Below are positions 49,599 to 58,733 of a stretch of DNA of 64,000 nucleotides, piece by piece. Source of the DNA: a virus. Location of the stretch: the IMG/VR virus record IMGVR_UViG_3300044624_002142, positions 1 to 64,000 of that record; one strand, given 5' to 3'. A model generated the notes under the pieces. That model saw only the letters and a list, made by a program, of their open reading frames with translations. It was not told the origin of the DNA and made no database searches. Both the position numbers and the translations under genes were made by a program. Every line of letters begins with the position of its first letter. Within the stretch, counting starts at the first letter, position 1.

Positions 49599-50657
49599 AT
49601 GAAAACTGTATTGAATAAAAAGAATATCGACCAACTGAGAAACCCAATGTTTTTCGGTGAAGATCTATCTCTTCAGAGATATGATAAAATCAAATATCAA
49701 AAGTTCTATGATCTTTATGATCAACAACTCAACTTTTTTTGGCGTCCTCAAGAAGTGAACCTTGTAAAGGACATTAGTGACTACAAGGTGTTGTCTGATG
49801 AGGAACGGTTTGTGTTTGATAGCAATCTTAAGTTTCAGACCATGACCGACAGTATGTTGAGTCGTAGTATTCACGAATTGATGAAGCATTGTACAAATCC
49901 AGAACTGGAAATTTGTATGAATACTTGGTCGTTTTTTGAAACTATCCACAGTAACAGTTATACATACATTCTTAACAATGTTTATCCAGATGCTACCAAG
50001 TTCTTTGATAGTGTATTAGAAGACGAAGAAATTGTAAAACGCGCTAAAGCTATTAGTAAGAAGTATGACGAACTATTGGCACCATCAGATGACGTTAAAC
50101 AACAGTTGTTTGATGCTATTCTTGCTACGCAGATCACTGAGGGATTGATTTTCTATGTGAGTTTTGCTTGTAGTTTCTATTTTGGATTTCGTGGAAAGAT
50201 GGAGGGTAATAGTAAGATTATTAAGTTTATTAGCCGCGATGAAAATCTACACGTGGCTATTACCCAAAATATTATGAAGAACTGGATTAATAACCCAGAA
50301 GAAGGATTCCAAGATATTGTTAAGAAGAACGAAGACAAAATCTATGCTGCATATGAAATGGCAGTTAATGCAGAAAAAGACTGGGCTGATTATCTTTTCA
50401 GTAAAGGTAATCTAGTAGGTTTGACCAGTGAAAGTCTAAAACACTATATTGAATGGTTGGCAAACAATCGTTTATCTAGTATGGGATACAAAAAGATTTA
50501 CAGTAATGCTAAGGTAAATCCTCTATCTGGATGGTTGGATAGTTATTATGATAGTAAAAAGTTACAAGTTGCTCCTCAAGAAACAGAATTGAGTAGTTAT
50601 GTCAAAGGAGTGGATAATACCATCAATGATGATGCTTTTGATGGATTTAAACTCTAA
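49599..50657 (+). CDS. nrdB: Ribonucleotide reductase class Ia beta subunit
   Basis: FFWRPQEV, FETIHSNSY, EGLIFYVSF, RDENLH and APQETE..SY. Confidence 0.97.
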   Translation: MKTVLNKKNIDQLRNPMFFGEDLSLQRYDKIKYQKFYDLYDQQLNFFWRPQEVNLVKDISDYKVLSDEERFVFDSNLKFQTMTDSMLSRSIHELMKHCTNPELEICMNTWSFFETIHSNSYTYILNNVYPDATKFFDSVLEDEEIVKRAKAISKKYDELLAPSDDVKQQLFDAILATQITEGLIFYVSFACSFYFGFRGKMEGNSKIIKFISRDENLHVAITQNIMKNWINNPEEGFQDIVKKNEDKIYAAYEMAVNAEKDWADYLFSKGNLVGLTSESLKHYIEWLANNRLSSMGYKKIYSNAKVNPLSGWLDSYYDSKKLQVAPQETELSSYVKGVDNTINDDAFDGFKL

Positions 50658-50672
50658 TTGAGGTCAATTGTC

Positions 50673-50707
50673 AAAAAGAACACCCTCTAAAAGGGTGTTC
50701 TTTTTTT
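50673..50707 (+). terminator. Intrinsic terminator (bidirectional shape)
   Basis: AAAAAGAACACCCT-CTAAA-AGGGTGTTCTTTTTTT. Confidence 0.88.
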
Positions 50708-50745
50708 GTTATTATATGTAAACTTCGTATATTTATAGGTATAAT

Positions 50746-51429
50746 ATGAAAATTGACCAATTCCGCCAACTTATTTCTGAGAGTATTAAGGAAGTTCTTG
50801 TAGAACGTGCTGAAAAAAAGAAACGTTTAAATGAAAACAAAAAACTTTCTGTATTGTTAAAGAGTTTGATTGCTGAAATAATTGAAGAAAAAACAATAGA
50901 GTTTGATAAAACATGTGTCCAGATGGAAGAAGAATTGAATAGATTGGCACAAGGCATCAATAAAACATATAGTGTTAAGAAAAACGATGCTGGAAACTTT
51001 GAATTATGTGGATGTGAACCATATCACATTCATATTAGACCACGTTGGAACAACAATTTTGAAATTTTGGCATACAAAGACAAAATTGATAGAACTAAGA
51101 AGATTGGATGTGATTATGACGAAGTAAAAGACTTTCTAAAGTCGTTTTTGACTAGCGATAAAGAAAATTATATTAATGCTGCATATAACAAATCAGCAGA
51201 AAATAGCGTTGATAAGGAAAAAAAGAAGAATCAAGGAGATAAACCGCAAGAAACTGATGAAAAAGTGGTGGATGCTGTTAAAAAGGAAGAAGATTTGCCA
51301 GATAAACCAATGCAAGATGTGAATCTTAAGAAGGTTGAAAAGCAATCTGATCACTCTTTGAAGGGCGAAAAGGCCAAATACAAGTATCCTAAACAAAAGG
51401 ATGACAACTTGACTGTTAAGTTTAAGTGA
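50746..51429 (+). CDS. Hypothetical charged protein with repeated L/I-x-E leader motifs
   Basis: ATG lies 8 nt after TATTTATA (50730-50737). Confidence 0.7.
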   Translation: MKIDQFRQLISESIKEVLVERAEKKKRLNENKKLSVLLKSLIAEIIEEKTIEFDKTCVQMEEELNRLAQGINKTYSVKKNDAGNFELCGCEPYHIHIRPRWNNNFEILAYKDKIDRTKKIGCDYDEVKDFLKSFLTSDKENYINAAYNKSAENSVDKEKKKNQGDKPQETDEKVVDAVKKEEDLPDKPMQDVNLKKVEKQSDHSLKGEKAKYKYPKQKDDNLTVKFK

Positions 51430-51483
51430 GTTGATCGAATATGGGTACAGTCTGTATGGTCAAACCACTGTCGGATAAAACCT

Positions 51484-51786
51484 ATGAAAAAAATTATTAC
51501 TAAATCATTGTTAGTTGCCGCATTACTCAGTACTTTTTCTGTTAATGCCGGTCACTTCAGTTGGGGAGTTTCCATTGGATTTGGTGGACCAGTATATTGT
51601 CCACCACCAGTTGTTTATGCTCCCGTGGTTTATCAGCCACAAGTGGTCGTAGTCCAACAACCGGTGGTTCAACATGTAGTGTATCCACAACCAGTGGTTA
51701 TAGTTGCTCCACCGCCGGTAGTTTATTATCCATCTCCTACGATCTGGATTGGTGGTGGTCACCATCATCATGGACATAGACGTTAA
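51484..51786 (+). CDS. Small secreted Pro/Val/Tyr-rich protein with a His-rich tail
   Basis: Sec-type signal MKKIITKSLLVAALLSTFSVNA, PPPVVY repeats and GGGHHHHGHRR. Confidence 0.75.
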   Translation: MKKIITKSLLVAALLSTFSVNAGHFSWGVSIGFGGPVYCPPPVVYAPVVYQPQVVVVQQPVVQHVVYPQPVVIVAPPPVVYYPSPTIWIGGGHHHHGHRR

Positions 51787-51809
51787 ATTTGATTCAAAAA
51801 ACTACTTTG

Positions 51810-51839
51810 AAAGCCGCTGAAAAAAACAGCGGCTTTTTT
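51810..51839 (+). terminator. Intrinsic terminator
   Basis: AAAGCCGCTG-AAAAAAA-CAGCGGCTTTTTT. Confidence 0.85.
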
Positions 51840-51840
51840 G

Positions 51841-51868
51841 TTGACTTCTTTTAAAGTTGGTGTAGGAT
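51841..51868 (+). promoter_or_regulatory. Sigma70-like early promoter
   Basis: TTGACT-N16-TAGGAT; shares TGGTGTAGGATA with the 52842 promoter. Confidence 0.7.
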
Positions 51869-51884
51869 AAAGAAAATTAAGTTT

Positions 51885-52832
51885 ATGAAAAACACTAACA
51901 AGTCATTCAATCAAATCCTCGATTCTGCTCTTTCTAAGAAGCCGGATAATGTTATTATTTCGGACATCAAGTGGAAGTATCTCGTTCGATCCGTTCTTTA
52001 TGGAAAGAACGTGTTGATGGTTGGACCTACCGGATGTGGCAAGACGCTTGCTGCCCAAACAGTTGCCAAGACATTTAACCGTCCATTCTTTTACTTCAAC
52101 ATGGGGTCTACCCAAGATGCTCGTAGTGCTCTTATTGGTAATACTCACTTTGAAAAGGAAACGGGAACAATTTTCAGTGAATCTACTTTTGTAAAGGCAA
52201 TTCAAACTCCAAACGCTGTTATTCTGTTGGATGAAATTAGTCGTGCTCATCACGACGCTGCAAACATCATGATGACTGTACTTGATACTCTTCAACGATA
52301 TCTTCGATTGGATGAAAAGAAGGACAGTGAAGTTGTTAATGTTGCATCTGGTGTATGTTTCATTGGAACGGCTAATATTGGCAATCAATATACTGCTACC
52401 CGTGTTATGGACCGTGCTCTTATGGATCGATTCTCTGTTAAGATTGAAATGGACTTTCTTGACAAACAGTCCGAATTCACTTTGATGATCAATCGATTTG
52501 GAATTGATACAAATGATACGAATTTGGTTAATACGATTACTTCTATCTGTGATATTTCCGCTCATACCCGTGATCAATATCGCCAGGAAGATGGCAAGAT
52601 TACCAACTTTGTTTCAACTCGAGCGGTTTGTGAAATGGTTGAACTTGCCAAGGATGGATTTAGTCTTAAGGAAATTGCTGAAAGCGTAATCTATCCGGAG
52701 TTTTCTTCTGATGGTGGAGTTGATAGTGAACGTACTTACATCAAACAAGTTGTTCAAAAGTATGTTCCAAGTGAAGCTACAAATGATCCGTTGATGAACG
52801 ATCCGTTGAAGAAGAATCAACCTCCTTTCTAA
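51885..52832 (+). CDS. MoxR/CbbQ-like AAA+ ATPase
   Basis: GPTGCGKT, ILLDEISR, IGTAN.G..Y and MDRALMDRF. Confidence 0.9.
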   Translation: MKNTNKSFNQILDSALSKKPDNVIISDIKWKYLVRSVLYGKNVLMVGPTGCGKTLAAQTVAKTFNRPFFYFNMGSTQDARSALIGNTHFEKETGTIFSESTFVKAIQTPNAVILLDEISRAHHDAANIMMTVLDTLQRYLRLDEKKDSEVVNVASGVCFIGTANIGNQYTATRVMDRALMDRFSVKIEMDFLDKQSEFTLMINRFGIDTNDTNLVNTITSICDISAHTRDQYRQEDGKITNFVSTRAVCEMVELAKDGFSLKEIAESVIYPEFSSDGGVDSERTYIKQVVQKYVPSEATNDPLMNDPLKKNQPPF

Positions 52833-52841
52833 AAAAAGTCA

Positions 52842-52870
52842 TTGACTTTGTTATAATGCTGGTGTAGGAT
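52842..52870 (+). promoter_or_regulatory. Sigma70-like early promoter
   Basis: TTGACT-N17-TAGGAT, 9 nt before ATG 52880. Confidence 0.7.
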
Positions 52871-52879
52871 ATTAACACA

Positions 52880-54931
52880 ATGAAAAACAAATCTACTATT
52901 CACTCTGACTTTTGGTTGGATGAGTTTGATGACTTTGATGATTCCGTTACGATGGACGATACTACTCGTCTGATTCGTCTCAACATGAATCGTCGTGCTG
53001 TTTCAAATTTTGTTAGTATTCTCACCAGCAAGTCTATTCCTGTCGTTTTTAACGACGAAAACGTAAATGCAACCAATGGAAATATTGTTCATCTATCCGC
53101 TGATATTGAAAAGGCTGAAGACTTTGACAGTACTGTTGGACTTGCCCTACATGAGGGATCTCATATTTTGCTCAGTGATTTTCGATTGATTGCTGATATT
53201 TGGCAGAACGTTCCTCGTAGTCTATATAATATTGCTGAGACTAAAGGTTTCAGCAAAACGGAAGTTGCTTCATATATTAAGACTATATTGAATATTATTG
53301 AAGATAGGTATATTGATAACTTTGTTTACAATTCTGCTCCGGGATATCGTGGTTATTATTTGGCATTGTACGAAAAGTACTTTAATAGTCCACATGTTAA
53401 GACACTGTTGACTACTGATTTGTATCGGTCTACCACGGTTCAGTCGTATGAAGCGAGACTGATCAATCTAATGAATCCTCATACTGATTTGGATGCATTG
53501 CCTGCTTTTAGAAAGATTGCTGAGTGCATTGATGTTGCTAATATCAGCAGACTTAAGACTCCTAAGGACCGTTACGAAGTGGCGTTGCAAGTTTGTGAAA
53601 TGATTTATGAGAATGTTAGTATTGATGACCAACAAAAAGAGAATGAGTCTGCTCAATTGGAAATGAGTGGCAGTGGCAGCAGTAATGAATCTCAAGTTGT
53701 GGTTGTAGTCAATTCCGGATCAGATGATGGTTTTGGTGGAATTGAAACAGAAACAAATCCAGTTGGTACTGACAAGTCTGAAGAAAAGACAAAGAAAGAC
53801 AATGATAAGACGTGCATTTCCAAGAGCAAATTGAAAGCAATTGAGAAGGCTCTTAATAAACAACGTGACTTTTTGTCTGGTAAAATCAAGAAGAAGAAGG
53901 TTAACAGCCGTGAAAATTGTATTCTTGAAGACTTGGAGAAGGCAGGTGTAACTATTGTGAATGTAGGAGCCAATCTAGATGATACTACAGTTATTACTAA
54001 CGGTGTTGACTGTGTAGTCGTGAAGAATTTTACCAAGGAATTTGCTTTGTCAGATAGTTGTCCTTGTGTATTGGTTGATAGGGATAAAAATCCATTTCCA
54101 AAGAATGTTGATGCTGTAAATCGTGGCATTCAACTTGGTAACCTTTTGGGAAAACGTCTTAGTATTCGCAGTGAAATTAACACTACTAAGTATATGAGAA
54201 AGTCTACTGGTAAGATTGATCGTCGTGTACTTTCTGATTTGGGTATTGATAATGAGAATGTTTTTTATCGTATTGACACAGATCAGTATAAGAAAGGATT
54301 CATTCATATTTCAATGGATGCTAGTGGAAGTATGCAACACGCTAATAAGTGGACTAATACAATTACCAGCGTCACTGCTATTTGTAAGGCAGCATCCATG
54401 ATCAGTAACATTCGGGTTAGTGTTAGTATGAGAACTACTGGACAGAATGGTCTTCCATATATTGCTATGGTGTATGATTCTGCCAAGGATTCGTTTAACA
54501 AGGTTCGTACTATTTTTCCGTATCTTTATTGTAACGGAAGTACCCCCGAAGGATTGTGTTATGAAGCCATTATGGATCTACTCAAGGAATGTGGCGAATA
54601 CGAAGACTGTTATTTCCTAAATTTTTCAGATGGCGAACCCACATATAGTTATAATAAAAGTGGTAACTACATGTCTTATGGTCCCAAAAATGGAGGTATT
54701 CATACTCGTAAACAGGTGAATAAGATTCGTGGAAAGGGATATAAGGTGTTGTCATATTTTATTGCAGAAACAGCAATTAATAAAATAAAGGTTGACAGTG
54801 CTAGTTATGGACCGTATGTTTGTTTCAAAACAATGTATGGCGCCGATGCAAGATTTATTGATGTAACTAACATCATTAGTGTTGCTAAGACAATGAATGA
54901 AATGTTTTTGAGCAGTAATAGTAAAATTTAA
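52880..54931 (+). CDS. HEXXH metallopeptidase-like domain fused to a VWA domain (AAA+ partner)
   Basis: LALHEGSH...NIIEDRYI; MIDAS elements DASGSM, GSTPE and FSDGEP. Confidence 0.85.
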   Translation: MKNKSTIHSDFWLDEFDDFDDSVTMDDTTRLIRLNMNRRAVSNFVSILTSKSIPVVFNDENVNATNGNIVHLSADIEKAEDFDSTVGLALHEGSHILLSDFRLIADIWQNVPRSLYNIAETKGFSKTEVASYIKTILNIIEDRYIDNFVYNSAPGYRGYYLALYEKYFNSPHVKTLLTTDLYRSTTVQSYEARLINLMNPHTDLDALPAFRKIAECIDVANISRLKTPKDRYEVALQVCEMIYENVSIDDQQKENESAQLEMSGSGSSNESQVVVVVNSGSDDGFGGIETETNPVGTDKSEEKTKKDNDKTCISKSKLKAIEKALNKQRDFLSGKIKKKKVNSRENCILEDLEKAGVTIVNVGANLDDTTVITNGVDCVVVKNFTKEFALSDSCPCVLVDRDKNPFPKNVDAVNRGIQLGNLLGKRLSIRSEINTTKYMRKSTGKIDRRVLSDLGIDNENVFYRIDTDQYKKGFIHISMDASGSMQHANKWTNTITSVTAICKAASMISNIRVSVSMRTTGQNGLPYIAMVYDSAKDSFNKVRTIFPYLYCNGSTPEGLCYEAIMDLLKECGEYEDCYFLNFSDGEPTYSYNKSGNYMSYGPKNGGIHTRKQVNKIRGKGYKVLSYFIAETAINKIKVDSASYGPYVCFKTMYGADARFIDVTNIISVAKTMNEMFLSSNSKI

Positions 54932-54958
54932 CAAAAAATAGAAAGGTAAATATATAAC

Positions 54959-55369
54959 ATGAAAAAGACAAATCGACAGAATAAGACAGGACTCAGCGTT
55001 AACTGGCCTAATGGTTTTTATACCATGGATATCAGTGAGTCTCACCCCAACATTACAAACCTCTGGGATCAGAACCGGCATTTTGCCGCTTTGATTACGC
55101 TTCGGGTTCGTCTCACAAACGCACTTGAGGATAATCAAGTTGTTAAGTTGGGTACAATCAAGGGAAGTAAGGGTCGTCCTAAGTTGGTTTTTGCCAACGC
55201 TCCTGTTTCTCAAGAAACCATTGATGCCGCTCGTACTGCAGGAGTTATCCTTGAGGATAACATTCCTAATGTGGTGAATGTTGTTAATGTTAAGCCAACT
55301 GAGATTGAGACTACTGAGAGTGTTGAAACCACGGTTCGTACAGAAACCTACGTTCCTCAGACTGTTTAA
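54959..55369 (+). CDS. Hypothetical protein, possible winged-helix DNA-binding protein
   Basis: GAAAGG RBS; ITLRVRL...KGRPKLVF wing-like motif. Confidence 0.55.
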   Translation: MKKTNRQNKTGLSVNWPNGFYTMDISESHPNITNLWDQNRHFAALITLRVRLTNALEDNQVVKLGTIKGSKGRPKLVFANAPVSQETIDAARTAGVILEDNIPNVVNVVNVKPTEIETTESVETTVRTETYVPQTV

Positions 55370-55426
55370 AATAAAGATGGTGGTGTCATTTTCTTCTATG
55401 TATATGAGTTGTAAAAACTCATTACT

Positions 55427-55708
55427 ATGAAGAGAAAACATTACTATTATTTTGAATTGGCTAAGGGAGATGGTTATCTTTTATATGATGGGGAGAATCT
55501 AATAAAATTAGATTCTCCTCTTTCTATTGGCGATGAACGTGAAGTTAAGAATGCAGTAACTAAACTTCCTAAAGATAAAAACGGTAAAATGCCAATTGTG
55601 ACTTATTCTGAACTAACAGATGTTAAGATATCATCATCTAAGATAGTGTTTGACTTTAAGCGTGGTACTACTATAGACTTTGAAGAACGAAACAAAAAGA
55701 AAACCTAA
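55427..55708 (+). CDS. Hypothetical protein
   Basis: 93 aa; TAATG-coupled to the next gene. Confidence 0.65.
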   Translation: MKRKHYYYFELAKGDGYLLYDGENLIKLDSPLSIGDEREVKNAVTKLPKDKNGKMPIVTYSELTDVKISSSKIVFDFKRGTTIDFEERNKKKT

Positions 55709-56883
55709 TGAATCAATTTTTCCAAATAGACGATTTTCCATATGACGTAGAAAAACAAAAGTTCATAGACAATATGAACTATTTGAAGTCTATGAGCGTA
55801 GAAGAAGCTACGTTTTATAAGAAATGGGAAGAGGTCAGAGAATATCGTAACTTTGCGTCCCGATCAGATGATGTTAAGTATAAAATCTGGAAGCCAACTG
55901 ATATTTACAATGAAGAATTGACGTTGAAAGAATTGGATGAATTGAATCCTACTATGGTTCATGTTGAAACGGAACAACAAGAATTGGATTGGTTGATGTT
56001 GCGTGTATTTTGTCATACGATGGAGTTTAGTCAAACTCCGGGTAGGTTTTTGAAGTTTCTCATCACAGACGGTAACAGTGAGCGCACACGGTACCTAGGA
56101 GCGGTTTCTGTATCAAGTGACGTTATTACCATTACGGATCGTGACAAGTATATTGGATGGACTCCAAAGAACAAGTTGGAAGAGGGCAAATTGACGCATA
56201 GTGCGATTGGAAGTTGTATTATGAGTACTCAGCCGTTTGGATATAATTTTTTAGGTGGTAAGTTGGTTGCGTGTTTGGTCACATCATCTGTGGTTAGAGA
56301 TGTTTGGAAGAAACTTTATAATCAAACTTTGGTTGGCATGACTACTACTAGTTTATATGGTAGTTATAGTATGTATAATAGTTTGAAATGGTGGCACAAG
56401 TGTGGTACAAGTACTGGTAAAATACCTATTAAGCCAGACGACCATGTATATCAGATTTGGCATGATTGGATCAAGGAGAACAAATCTGAGGAATATACCA
56501 AGAAAATGACACAAAAGGATGATGTGTCTGGACCAGTAACAGGTGCTAAACAGCGAGTTATAAGCATGATATTTCAGGAATTGAATATTAAAACTCAAAA
56601 TTATGTTCATGGGTATGAGCGTGGTGTCTACTATAGTAGTTTTTATGAAAATACCAAGGAATTCTTACAAAACAAGGTAAATGAAGACCAACTGGTGATG
56701 AAAAAGTTGTTTTTTGATGATAAAAAGGCTATTTTGGACTGGTGGAAAGTAAAAGCCAAAGATAGATATTTGAAATTGAAGTCTGAAAATAACCTTAAGA
56801 AGGACATATTGTACTATAACTCTATAATGGATATGTCATATAACACCGCTAAGAGTAATTTTTTTCAAGAGGTTGGTAGATAA
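55708..56883 (+). CDS. DUF4338 / DruA-like domain protein
   Basis: PGR.LKFLI.D...YLG...RDKYIGW, QPFGYNFLGGKL.A and TTTSLYG..S.YN. Confidence 0.65.
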   Translation: MNQFFQIDDFPYDVEKQKFIDNMNYLKSMSVEEATFYKKWEEVREYRNFASRSDDVKYKIWKPTDIYNEELTLKELDELNPTMVHVETEQQELDWLMLRVFCHTMEFSQTPGRFLKFLITDGNSERTRYLGAVSVSSDVITITDRDKYIGWTPKNKLEEGKLTHSAIGSCIMSTQPFGYNFLGGKLVACLVTSSVVRDVWKKLYNQTLVGMTTTSLYGSYSMYNSLKWWHKCGTSTGKIPIKPDDHVYQIWHDWIKENKSEEYTKKMTQKDDVSGPVTGAKQRVISMIFQELNIKTQNYVHGYERGVYYSSFYENTKEFLQNKVNEDQLVMKKLFFDDKKAILDWWKVKAKDRYLKLKSENNLKKDILYYNSIMDMSYNTAKSNFFQEVGR

Positions 56884-56919
56884 GTTTATATTTATATAGC
56901 ACAAGAAACAGGATTTTTT

Positions 56920-57549
56920 GTGTTAGACTTTATTTCTTATAACAGATTCAATACGTTTATTGATCGTTTAGTCACAGTACGTACTACTGTGACTTCTACG
57001 TCTTACGTAGATAACTCTCCAAATGATTTGTTTACCAGTCCAACTGGTACAATTCTTCAAAAGAGAGGAAATGTATTTTCATATAAATATCCAGGCGATT
57101 CTGACTTTACTACTATCAATTATGCCAATAATTCGATAGAAAAACTGTGTAAGAAATATGAGGTGTTATTAAGTGGCGGGGTTAATAGAAATGTAACTTG
57201 GATTAAAACGGATAATAGTCCTAATAAAACGTGGGCAAATCGTGGTGTTAGTGTACAAGAGTGTATTATTTGTGAAATAGCACCTTCAGCACCATGTGCA
57301 ACACCTATTGTTACATATATAATTCCTACGTATCCAATTCCTACGTATCCATTGCCAAATTGTTGTGGTGATTTGGGTGATTCTGTGACTATCAATACAT
57401 TGAGAGTTACTACGTTGATTGTAGACAGCACTACAGATTGTCCTCCATCAACGGCTGGAACGTATGGACAAATCTCAGTTTGTGAAAATTATTTATATAT
57501 TTACGACAGTGCTGGATGGAAACGCTTTGAACTTTCTAATTATTATTGA
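56920..57549 (+). CDS. Hypothetical Cys/Thr/Pro-rich protein with a fibre-like C-terminal domain
   Basis: TATTTATA at 56889-56896. The C-terminus AGTYGQISVCENYLYIYD..GWKR.ELS is paralogous to the next ORF. A 15-bp tandem duplication lies at 57322-57351. Confidence 0.65.
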   Translation: MLDFISYNRFNTFIDRLVTVRTTVTSTSYVDNSPNDLFTSPTGTILQKRGNVFSYKYPGDSDFTTINYANNSIEKLCKKYEVLLSGGVNRNVTWIKTDNSPNKTWANRGVSVQECIICEIAPSAPCATPIVTYIIPTYPIPTYPLPNCCGDLGDSVTINTLRVTTLIVDSTTDCPPSTAGTYGQISVCENYLYIYDSAGWKRFELSNYY

Positions 57550-57551
57550 TT

Positions 57552-57743
57552 ATGGCAGACACATGTGATGAAATTATAGCGGGAACTGCGACAATCACAA
57601 CATTAATTGTGAATGATCCGGGTTCTTGTACACCTACACCAAGTACTGCTGGTACGTTTGGACAGATTATTGTTTGTGAAAATTACATTTATGTCTACGA
57701 CGGCGTTCAATGGAAACGTGGTGAGTTGAGCGTATTTTCATAA
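57552..57743 (+). CDS. Small paralogue of the upstream C-terminal domain
   Basis: AGTFGQIIVCENYIYVYD...WKR.ELS. Confidence 0.7.
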   Translation: MADTCDEIIAGTATITTLIVNDPGSCTPTPSTAGTFGQIIVCENYIYVYDGVQWKRGELSVFS

Positions 57744-57750
57744 AAAATAC

Positions 57751-57779
57751 TTTACATAGAACTTTACGCATGATAAAGT
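57751..57779 (+). promoter_or_regulatory. Extended -10 promoter, predicted to give a leaderless uvsE mRNA
   Basis: TTTACA-N17-TAAAGT with TGn; ATG lies 6 nt downstream. Confidence 0.55.
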
Positions 57780-57785
57780 ATTGTC

Positions 57786-58733
57786 ATGCGTAATTTACGT
57801 TTCGGACTTTGTTGTATTTCCCTCAAACTTCAAGAACAGGGAATTCAATCATCTACCATGACTAAAACTCGTTTCCTTCAATTGGAACGAGTCAACGCCG
57901 AACGTATTGTTGCGGATCGGACCCTAAACAACGTAGTTGTAACACGTAAAACCCTAGAGTATTGTGTGTCTCGTAAGTGGAATTACCGTATCAGTAGCGG
58001 TATGATGCCGTTGGAAACACTTCCAGAAGCAAATCTTTCAATTGAAACCACTTACAACTTTGACAAAATCAAACGTGAGTTTGAATTGTGTGCATCTGTA
58101 ATCAAACAAAATAACATTCGTTGTTCGACACATCCCGATCAATTTGTGGTTCCTGCTAGCGCAAATCCCAATGTAGTTCAAAAATCTGTTATTGAGTTGA
58201 AAGCTCATGGAAAAATGATGGATTATCTAGGACTTCCACAATCTTATGATGCACCTATCAATATTCATATGAATTGTTTCAAAGGTGCTGATATAAAAGA
58301 CATCGCAAAGCGTTTTATTGACGTATACAACGATCTTCCTGTGAATGTGAAGAGTAGATTGGTTTTGGAAAACGAAGACAAGCCTAACAGTTGGAATGTG
58401 GAACAACTGTATGAACATGTTTATCAACAGACTGGAATTCCCATTACTTACGACAATTTGCACTTTCGGTGTAATCCGGGTCGTCAAACTGCCGACGAAG
58501 CAATTTCTATGGCAAAAAACACATGGCAACAATATGTTCCGTTGTTTCATTTTAGTGATAACGACCCCACTGAAAAAAACGTGCGTGCTCATGGATATTA
58601 TGTCACGTCATTTCCCGAAGAATTTCATAATGCCAATTGTCCGTTGGATTTGGAAATGGAGTTTAAAGCCAAAGATTACGCTATTGAAAAGTTTCAAATC
58701 GAATTCAATAAAAAAATGAATTTAGTTGACTAA
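57786..58733 (+). CDS. uvsE: UV DNA damage endonuclease
   Basis: YRISS...P, R.STHPDQF, INIH, RLVLENED, IPITYD.LH, FHFS, RAH and EMEFKAKD. Confidence 0.93.
   Translation: MRNLRFGLCCISLKLQEQGIQSSTMTKTRFLQLERVNAERIVADRTLNNVVVTRKTLEYCVSRKWNYRISSGMMPLETLPEANLSIETTYNFDKIKREFELCASVIKQNNIRCSTHPDQFVVPASANPNVVQKSVIELKAHGKMMDYLGLPQSYDAPINIHMNCFKGADIKDIAKRFIDVYNDLPVNVKSRLVLENEDKPNSWNVEQLYEHVYQQTGIPITYDNLHFRCNPGRQTADEAISMAKNTWQQYVPLFHFSDNDPTEKNVRAHGYYVTSFPEEFHNANCPLDLEMEFKAKDYAIEKFQIEFNKKMNLVD

Noticed and set aside
43472-50657. Inteins or introns in recA, helicase, nrdA or nrdB
   Set aside because: Lengths are normal, motifs are contiguous, and no splicing motifs were seen.
54752-55441. 229-aa minus-strand ORF and similar antisense ORFs (46079-46675, 47961-48557, 51903-52577, 31453-32097)
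   Set aside because: They overlap well-supported + strand genes and show no recognisable motifs.
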